Below are positions 54,920-64,000 of a stretch of 64,000 bases of DNA, piece by piece. The notes beneath the pieces were generated by a model. That model did not search any database, was not told the DNA's origin, and saw nothing but the letters and a program-made list of their open reading frames with translations. Both the position numbers and the translations under genes were made by a program. The DNA lies in assembly GCA_964276515.1 (NCBI GenBank), contig OZ193909.1, forward strand, positions 2,852,001-2,916,000. The letters are read 5' to 3'. The stretch comes from Gordius albopunctatus. Lineage: Eukaryota. Every line of letters starts with the position of its first letter. The first letter of the stretch is position 1.

Positions 54920-56180
54920 CCCTCAACACTCCCCTTACTTGACCTCATTCTTGACCAGTCCAGCCACTCAGGCGAATCGCTGGGAGGGCCCATATCTTCC
55001 CAACGCTTTTTGGCTAAGTTTTCAGCTTTTGTAGAGGCCGTCAAACATACAGTTCAAAGGTTTACCCACCATGCCTTCCTTTGGGGTAAAAGTTTCCTAG
55101 TAATCACGAAAATAAATCAAGCCTCGCATTCGCATGCATCACCTATCTTAGGCTGTCCCGAGCAACTAAATTTAATTGAACGAAACATCCCTCTTTTTGA
55201 AATCTGCCTAAATATAAAGTTTAGTCCTGTCCAATGGCTCCCAGAATCCCCTCCTTCTAAGAGTGGGGGATCCGGTATTAGAGTCCGCAACAGATAGCAT
55301 TAGCGGGTCTTATATTTTCGCGCCTGAATACCGACCGACCTATCTCTGGCATGCAATCCTTCCCACACACGCACCTCTAGGAGGCACTCCATACGTGAGA
55401 CGCGGACAAGCTCGGACTCAGCCGAAAGACCACTTGGAGTCCCAAAAAGGAATAAGACCTTCCCGTGATAGCACGTTCCTTAGCTTATCTATCTTCTAAC
55501 GAACTACTTTAAGGAAAACTTATTGTCGATTGGACCTCTTTCAGTGCGGTTACGAAAATCTCTAAGCAATCTTGAGCCGGAATTTCGGTCTCCATATGTC
55601 TGGGGAGGAGTTACGTATTGCCATAGGCTCTATCTCGGCTTTGACATCGTAGCCCCCCCCGCCCCCTTCTATGCTATCTCTGCTAAGAGTCGGCCCAACC
55701 CAATGGACATCATCTCCTCCATTGCAAATATAGCAAAGACCGTAACCTCACACACACGGCGATCAACAAAATCATCGCCCAGTTACTTAGGAAGGTTGGC
55801 TATCGAACCTTGGAGCTCGTCGGCCTAAGCACAACCGACGGGAAAATACCAGACGGCTTCACACTCATTCCATGTTCCCGTGGATTGAATCTGACTTGCG
55901 ACTTTACCACGGTCGACATATTTGCCCGATAAACTCCTCTCTCGACCTTATAGTCAGTGCAGAGAACCTAAAGACAACCAAATATTCCCACAATTATTAT
56001 TACCCCGTAGTGGCAACCGCAATCGGAAACTTTGGCACTTAAGCTCTCGCTCCCTCAAATTGGAAGAGCAATTTCTAACGTATCTTTAGATTTGAAAGAG
56101 TACCTTTTATTAGGCAAAGGATCACAATGGAAATCTTTAAATCCAACATGATTTTCAGTCCGTTCAGTTTTCGCGCGTTT
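54920..56180 (+). mobile_element. Degraded 3' half of a CRE-clade non-LTR retrotransposon (RT end, zinc knuckle, restriction-like endonuclease)
   Basis: Broken frames give LGGPIS, QWL..PSKSGGSGIR, CYLC..NGHHLLHC..THTAINKII, DGKIPDGFTLIP..DFTTVD, AENLKTTKY and FIRQRITMEI, matching the CRE PD-D endonuclease layout. Confidence 0.8.
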
Positions 56181-56778
56181 TTTTTATAGTTTTTTAGTCG
56201 TGAGTGTAACTTTTTTTATATCGTTTTAATAAATGCTTTGACATTACAAAAATTAAATACCATTTATTTTTAGAAAACGTGATGAATAAAGGGTGTGATG
56301 AGAACATAACTTGGCTGCGGATCCATCTTTATTAATGTTAATCTTTTAAAAGATTCACTTGTTAGAGAAAACTAGCAAAATAGCCAAACGTTAAAATGTT
56401 CGCATAATGGGTATTTTTAAGATATAATTGAGTATACTCATTGCGTCGTTTAATCACCATGATATAAAATATGTTTACTTTATAAAACTTTTAAGGATCT
56501 TACGTTTATTATAGACAGGTCTTGATTCCAAATTTTTGTTAATACACACTTAAAATTTAAATATGAATAAAGCGAAACATTTTTGCCGTTTTTTATACCA
56601 CGTGTAGATATCTTCCTGCTAAATTAACTCCGCTTTTTTGTTTATTTATTACAAACGGCAATATAAAACTTTTATACCCTACAACCAATCAGCCTTAGTT
56701 TTGTGAGGCATAGATTACACAATACGGATCAAGCTTTAACCCATATTATCGGGAAGATCTTACTACTAATGAAGTTTA

Positions 56779-58520
56779 GTGTTATTCTCGGCTTTGCATA
56801 AAGTATATAAAAAGACAACTTCGGCATTTGTGGCGAGAATGGAACTGATGCGATCGAAAAGAGGCTCAGGTGAATCGGTTTTGGATTTTTATCGTAAAAT
56901 TAATTCTATAGTGCAGGATTTCAACTTTGAGGTAGACATAGAGGCACGTATTCGGGATCAGCTGATTTTTGGAGTGGATATTCAACGATTGGAACTCGAA
57001 ATTCGGACAAATTTTCCCAATTGTGAGGAAAAGTAGGGGAGTCCTCTCACATTGGAGAAGGTGCTAGACATGGCAATAACGATAGAAAGAGCTGAGAAGG
57101 AGACTCAGGAAAATATTCCTATGGTTCAAAAGGTATCGAGGACGCAAGGAGACAGGTCTTTTAAATCCGACAAGATTTTTAAATGTCAACGTTGCGACAG
57201 AAATCATCGTCCAAATCAGTGTCCTGCCTTCATGGCGTATTGTAGAAAGTGTAATAGGAGGGGACATTACGCTCGGTGTTGTAAAGACGATTCTAAGGTA
57301 CAGCAAGTATATATGACCGAAGAAGATAATAATGCCGGTTCTATGGATTCAATATGCCAGATTAATCGTCGAGGGCTTCATGCCACGATTAGGGTGAAAA
57401 TCAGAGATCTCTGGACAGTGATGGATTTTGACACAGGGGCGCAGGTGTCTGTAATTAATGCATCGTTATGGAAAGAAATCGGCCAGCCCATACTTAAAAA
57501 GGCCATACCACATCTAGTATACGGTTGTATAGTTCTAGAGATATTGGGTGAAGCAACGGTGAAAGTTCAAGTGGGCAAGCGAACGAAATTTTTAACAGTG
57601 GTGGTTAGCAAGGGTAAGGAGGTACCACTTTTTGGGTTACCATGTAGTTTAGCTTTTAATTTATCACTTCCCCCAATGGTTGAAGTTCATAATGTCAGTA
57701 GTTTAAACAATCAAACCTCGATTATGTGTCAAGAAAATGCTTGGCTACGAGACGAGTTGGCTAAGACTCAACAAAAACTTATGACTAGCGAACAAAACGT
57801 GGCTGCGTTGGAAGAAATGGACAAACACTTGGAATACACGGGGAACATTAAGAAATACGATGAATACATTTCTGTCATCAACACCGACCATAGGGAATCA
57901 AACCTAACGCACAAAGATCTCGGGTTCGAAGATAACCAGGCATACTCAAACGGTGCTAATAACGGAACTAGTATATACGGCCAATCGGGAAGCATCAATG
58001 GGTCGGGTTATATGGGAAATAGGGCAACTTCAAGGAAACTGAGACATGGTACAAGAAAATAAATACAAGGGCCGACGACAAAAGGCATGAAGCAACCAAC
58101 GAAGAAGCCAGGCCGATATGGAAACTGGCCAAAGAGAGTCAAGGAAATTGCAAGGGTGGTAATGGCCCTACCGATACTGCCGTTTTACGGGATTCGGCAT
58201 AAATCTGCAGGCAATGTCAATAGCTTGGCGCATGACAAGGAATTAAAGGCAGGAGTATTCCTTCCGGAGAAACCGGGATAGGTGAGAAAGAAATCGAGTC
58301 AAGGTTGGCATGAAGGTTTCATTGCAACAAGAAAGGAACCGTTGTCCTACTCAGTGGAAGCGGATGAAAGGCTATTGTGAAAGCATGTCGACCAACTAAG
58401 GAAGATGTTCTTAGATACACAAGAGCTGTTGCAAGTGTACCACCGTCAGTTAAGCCTAAACAATCTTCAATACCTATCGAGGAAATATAATTAAAAGCCA
58501 CAAAGAAAGGGAGGCGATAT
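56779..58520 (+). mobile_element. Internally rearranged Ty3/Gypsy (Mag/K02A2.6-like) LTR retrotransposon: gag, zinc knuckles, aspartic protease, integrase C-terminal remnant, PPT
   Basis: GESVLDF..IRDQLIFG..LTLEK (gag); CQRCDRNH..C and [14 protein letters not shown] knuckles; DFDTGAQVS protease; LSYSVEAD..KHVDQLR (integrase C-terminus, about 58340-58400). Polypurine tract at 58502-58514, then a TGTTAT LTR-like start at 58520. One in-frame TAG at 57034. No RT/RH motifs. Confidence 0.85.
57719..58225 (+). pseudogene. KLC: Captured kinesin light chain fragments inside the Gypsy element
   Basis: 57727-58011 [53 protein letters not shown] matches the KLC heptad/acidic linker. In other frames, 58012-58225 gives [42 protein letters not shown], matching the KLC TPR5-TPR6 region. 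Confidence 0.85.
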
Positions 58521-59323
58521 GTTATATATTTAAATATTGTACTTTATGTTTTATAGCTTAATATTGTATTTTAATATCAATTCCCAAACGAGACAATCAA
58601 TCGTTTCGTATTTTAGTTTTGACTTCCATTTCGCCATGTTGTTTTTCCAAATGTATCATATATAACTTACTATCAAATAAATTAGTTTCTCAATTGTATC
58701 ATTTAGAATGATAAAAAAAATGGTTACCCCTTTGAGGGCTGTTGGTATTTATATTCTTGTATAAAATTTCGAGCATTGTTACTATAAATAGTACCAGGTA
58801 TTATAGATATGAGTCATCAAATTTAGTTTTTATGCAAAAACATCATCTGTCTTCCGCCATATAATTTCCCAGTTATATTCAAAATGCAAATATTAAGTAA
58901 TATGTGTGATGATTAAATGTAATTTATGTGGAAAATTTAATATTTTAATACTTTTTAGTCAGCCAAATAACAGGAATGCAAAATTACGTTCAAAAGCAGA
59001 TTCGTCCACCTCATATGAAAATTCAGCAAATGAAAGTATCGAGATTAATAAGCATGACTTATATGAGACTTTTTAGTAATGTCACTTGCGTAAGTTAGCG
59101 GTAAGTTATCAAATCCCATAGAAGAAAGCGCGATCAAATCCATGCACATAAAATTTCATTAAAGTATCTTTTTTCCAATTCGGACAGACAACCATCATGA
59201 AATACAATGTCGAAGGGTTTAACTAGTTTCGTTGATTTTTAAGTGCCTGAATTTAGTTAACGCAGCATTAAACTGATTGAGGTTATTAAGGGCATATGAT
59301 AAAGTGAATTTAATTTCTGGGAG

Positions 59324-61685
59324 AGGAAGAAAGGCTAATTATTGCGGCAGATTTTAACGATCACGTATGAAAACATCGCCTCGGGTATGAACGGAATCAT
59401 GGAGGCTATGGGCATGGTCTGAAGAACAAAGAAGGAGAAAAACGTCTTTAAGTATCCCAAGCATATGACAGGGCGATCGTTATCACCTATTTCAAAAGCG
59501 CGAAGATCATATTGTGACCTAAAATTGATTATTTGCTTATACGGCGAAAGGACTTATAGAGTATCAAAGATAGCAAAGTAATACCGGGAGAAGAAATCGC
59601 CAGGCAACATCGTCCCCTTGTTATGGATCTTGACAGAAGAGTAATTGCCGAAAGAAGAAAGGTATATGAACCTCGAATTCGATACGAAAGGCTAAAGGAT
59701 ACGCCGAAGAACGAAGAATATCATTAAAAAGCCTCCTCACTTTTGGCTGGAAGGAAGCTGCAAAGCGACGTAGACCACGATTGGGAGACGCTATCTAAGG
59801 ACATTAAAGAAACAGCGATTCGTGCTCTAGGACAGACCAAAAGAGGTAAAGCGATGAATATGGAACTATGGTGAAGGGAAGACGGTAGCATAAATAAAAA
59901 AAGTCTGAGGATTATCAAGAGGATAGGGACGCAAAACATGCCACCGGTTGCAATAGTTAGAATGCCGCCTACACCGAGATGGCAAACAAACTGGATCATA
60001 AAGGGGGCGATAGGCTTATGTACAAATTGGTCAAGATAAGGGAGAAGAAAAGTCGCGATGTCGGAGTTCTTAAAATAGTTAAAAACAAGAAGGGTCAATC
60101 CTTATTCAAGGCAAAAGAAGTTATGAAAAGATATTTTAAGAAACTTATGGATATTGCAAATGACAAGGATTCCGTTCACAAAATTGAGCCAAATATAAGT
60201 ATGGTCGAACTCTTTCAGGAGAATGAGGTTTGGACACAAATGAATAAGATGCAAAAAGGAAACCCAAATGGCACAGATGGAATACATATGGAAGCGTTGC
60301 TCGGATGTCGTGAAGAAGGAGTCACCACCACGACGAACCTCATTAACAGGATATTGGTAGAAGAGCGGATTACTAATCAATGGAGAGCAAGCACGATTAT
60401 ACCCTTATTTAAAGGCAAAGGAGACCCTCAGGATTGTGGCAATTACAGAGGTCTCAAGCTAACTTGCCACTCCTTGAAGCTTATGGAAAGGATCTTAGTA
60501 ACAAGGTTAAAAAACGAGGTGAAAATATCGGCTAATCAATTCGGATTTGTTGCCGGCAAATCTACAATCGACCCAATCCTCGCACTAAGACAAATGATGG
60601 ATAAATATGGTGAAAAGTGGAAGGACCTACATATGGTCTTTATCGACCTGGAGAAAGCTTATGACACGGTCCCCCGCGACTTAATATGGTGGTGCCTGAT
60701 AAAACAAAATATCCCTGACGCATATATACGGCTTATTAAAAATATTTCTGAAGCCTCAAACTCTTGCGTTAGGACAATAGTTGGAGACTCTAAACCTTTT
60801 AGGGTTAAAATTTGATTACATAAAGGATTAAGTCTCTTTTTATTTAATATAATTTTAGACACGATAACGAGAGACATTCAAAAGCCATCGTTATGGTGTA
60901 TGCTATATGCCGATGATATATTACTATGCGAGGAAACAAAGGAGAAAGTATTCGAAGAAGCCGAAAAGTATTCAAAGCGCTTAGCTGGATATGGTTTAAA
61001 GATCAACGATCCAAAAACGGTATGCATGGAAGTGAACGGTACAGGCAGCCCATCGCTGGATGATAATCTAAAGTACCCAAAAGAAGACAGGTTTACATAT
61101 CTCGGCTCAATGCTACATCAATAGGCAGGTTACACAACAGAAGTCAATGATTGGATCCAAAAAGAATGGCTTAAATGTCGAAGTATATCCGGTGTAATGT
61201 GCGACTAGAAAATGCAAATATGGTTTAAGAGCAAATCTGATAAATCTATCGTAAGACCGGTTTTACTCTATGGAAGTGAAACATGGGCATTAAACACCAC
61301 GGAAGTAAAGCAATTTCAAGCCACAGAGATGAGAATGATAAGGTGGAGATTGGGGTACACTAAGCTCGACCACATGACGAATGACTTTCTCATGACAAAA
61401 ATGAGCATTCAACCTATGGCGGACATGATTAACGAAAATTGTCTAAGTTGGTATGGGCATATACTAAGAAGGGACAAGAATGACGAAAATTAAAAAGGAC
61501 TGGACATGGAGGTACCGGAGAAGAGAGGAAGAGAACGACGCAGTCTAACGTGAAAAGGGTAAGTCGATAAAGTAATGAAAACAAAAGAGATTAGTCAAAA
61601 TATGGCACTCACCCGGTCAAAATGGAAGAAACTAATCAAAACAAACCCCACGACTGTGGGACCTAATAAATGATAAATAAGAAGG
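59324..61685 (+). mobile_element. 5'-truncated degraded copy of the same RTE family
   Basis: Colinear and highly similar to about 34870-37310. LYADD at 60903; multiple stops and indels. Confidence 0.93.
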
Positions 61686-63112
61686 CTATCTAGGGGGAAG
61701 TTAAAAGGACTCTGACATAATTATAGAAAATTTGATCGAAAAAGCGAGCCATACACGTCCTAATTTATCAACCAAAGACCTAGGGTTGTATTGTTACTCT
61801 CAATAAATAAGGGCAACGGAATGCAATATAAAAGAGACAACACAATCTAATCTTTTAGATCTGGTTTTCTGGGATTAAGACATTGTAATGTTAATTTAGT
61901 ATCAGGGATAAAAATGGATAGAATTAAATGACACAAGTTTTGTAAACTGGGATTTTGGAGGTTAATATACATATATAATCCTTAACAAACTTTGTTATTA
62001 GAAAGCTCGTCTAATAAGCTTCGTATACCTTTTGGTTGCCAAATTATAAACAGGTATAAATAACAACCACGTAATGATTTTAATCAGTTTTTGCCTATTT
62101 TTTGTCAAATTATTTTATGATTAATATGCTTAATATTATTTAGACTCGTAAAGTTACATATATATGATTATTTGCACGGTACATCAAAATAATTGTCTTA
62201 AATCTATGCCGTTTACAAGCATTAGATCGCATATTTGAAACTTTTTCCTAAAAAATATTTTTTTACTTACTTAATAACTAAATAGGCTTTTAATATATTT
62301 ATTCTCATTTATTTGTGATTTTAAATAATTAAAAGGATTTTATAACATATGCTACCATAATTAAAAAATTTAATGTATAAAATTAAATATTTAAACAAAC
62401 GTATTGTTTGATTTCAAAAATATTCAATGTAATGTAAGTTGCAAATGATATTTTTATTATGTGTAGTATATGATAATTTAATCAATATATTGTTCTGTGG
62501 CATCTTAAGAATCAGATTGTATATTTTTAATATAGTCTAACTGTTTTATGTTTTGATTCATACTCTTAACTAAGTACCTTTTATGTATTAATTCTTTTGA
62601 TTATAGTATTTAATTAACCCATTCAAATATAAATGCCCTTTGGTTTTATTATAAAAATTATTTACACTGATCTATAACTTTTGATTAATTTATAATAAAA
62701 CTCCACTGATGTAGATTAAATTTTCATGATTTAAAATAAATTTTGAATATTATTTTTTGATGATAATGAGTTATAATATTTGTTTAAAATGTTTTTGTAA
62801 TTTGTATTTATAAGTTGATATACACAATGTAAATTAAATCTTAAATAATCCTATTTAACTGTAACCTAGATTAAGAGTTCTTGTGTATAAAATAATTGCT
62901 GCATATTAATGATCCATATTTATTCTTTAAATAGAAAACATTTACATATTCAATGTAATCATCTGTCAGAACTAAAAATTTTACCTGCCCTAATGTATAG
63001 TAATATTCAATCGAGAATGTGACTTTCAAAAGTCTAACCATTCATAAATCATGGTGCCATTTTACCCCCTTTCCTATATACCAAGCTCAGTGTTAATGAT
63101 GCTCGAGAGTAG

Positions 63113-64000
63113 ATGAACTCACAGCGTCGTACTGTAGCTTCTAGATCGAGCGCCCGTGCTAAACCCCAACGTAAAAGCGCTAAAGAAGCTCTACCCTACG
63201 ATCCTGCACCAACTACACCCAAATCTGCTCACGAGCGTGATACGAGCGTCGCTCGGGGTCTAGGCAAAAAAATTGGTCCCGGTCGGCCCCCCAAGAAGGG
63301 CAAACGCTCAAGCGTCAATGCTAGCGTTACTATCTGCAATAACGTTGACGCTCTCCTGGGTTACCGTGATTGTAGAGCGCTGTCTGAAGAGGACGAAGAA
63401 CACATAAGCTCGACGCCGGGCGTAGATGTAGAGCAAGATTCCGTAGATTCTTCATCAGAAGATGGCTTAGAAAGGCAGCAAGAGAGTCAGGAGTTGAACG
63501 TTTTGAAGCTCTCCAGCGTCGATTCGTTAGCCGAATATTTGCGAGCTAAACGGAATTCATTCGCAACCAACGATCCTACTACTGATAAGAGGTGTTGGAA
63601 AAAGGACGAGATCAAAACTCTAGTACGAACCTATCTAATCCCCACCCTTCAATCCTTGGCTGAGTCTAAACTAACGCACAGGACTACCGTAGCTTCAATT
63701 TTATTCCCCTCCTGCCCCGGTCTACTCGACACCCTTTTACCTCAAAGCGCCCCTACGACCTTCAAGAGCCTACTTAAATTTTTGCTCCACATCTTTTCTC
63801 ACGCTAACGATGCCCAGCACTCACCCAATATAAGCACTAATGCCTTGGCGGTTAGCAGCTTTTCACCCAATTCTACATCTTCCTCCTTAACCCAATCCTC
63901 CCCCAACAGTGCCCTCGGGTCATCTCCGGGTTCGACCTCCTCGCCGCTGGAGCAGGAGCGTTCGCTGAGTAAAAAGGAAAAATCGACCCTTAGCAAAGTT
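63113..64000 (+). CDS. Open reading frame of at least 296 codons running off the window; AT-hook, probably a retroelement ORF
   Basis: No stop from ATG 63113 to 64000, with an abrupt rise in GC. It encodes a GPGRPPKK AT-hook, an acidic patch, WKKDEIKTLVRTY and a Ser-rich tract. It is absent from the ORF track because it has no stop. Confidence 0.6.
   Translation, partial: MNSQRRTVASRSSARAKPQRKSAKEALPYDPAPTTPKSAHERDTSVARGLGKKIGPGRPPKKGKRSSVNASVTICNNVDALLGYRDCRALSEEDEEHISSTPGVDVEQDSVDSSSEDGLERQQESQELNVLKLSSVDSLAEYLRAKRNSFATNDPTTDKRCWKKDEIKTLVRTYLIPTLQSLAESKLTHRTTVASILFPSCPGLLDTLLPQSAPTTFKSLLKFLLHIFSHANDAQHSPNISTNALAVSSFSPNSTSSSLTQSSPNSALGSSPGSTSSPLEQERSLSKKEKSTLSKV

Overview
AT-rich, intron-containing animal (probably invertebrate) genomic DNA; no prokaryotic features, CRISPR arrays, rRNA or complete tRNA were seen. 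Four host genes can be reconstructed by eye: a vein/neuregulin-like first coding exon (-), a TYW2/TRMT12 tRNA wybutosine enzyme (+), a prenylatable complexin missed by the ORF track (+) and a LENG8/SAC3-GANP family gene (-). Several introns are only 35-38 nt. The remainder is dense with transposons: about 15 copies of a hAT-type MITE with 8-bp TSDs, Helentron-like (HINE/DINE-1 type) and Helitron non-autonomous elements, RTE and CRE non-LTR retrotransposons, a solo LTR and nested foldbacks. The most unusual item is a Gypsy-type LTR retrotransposon (about 56.8-58.5 kb) whose RT/RNaseH/integrase core is replaced by two captured pieces of kinesin light chain, the first fused in frame to Gag-protease. 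All homology calls come from recalled motifs, not database searches.
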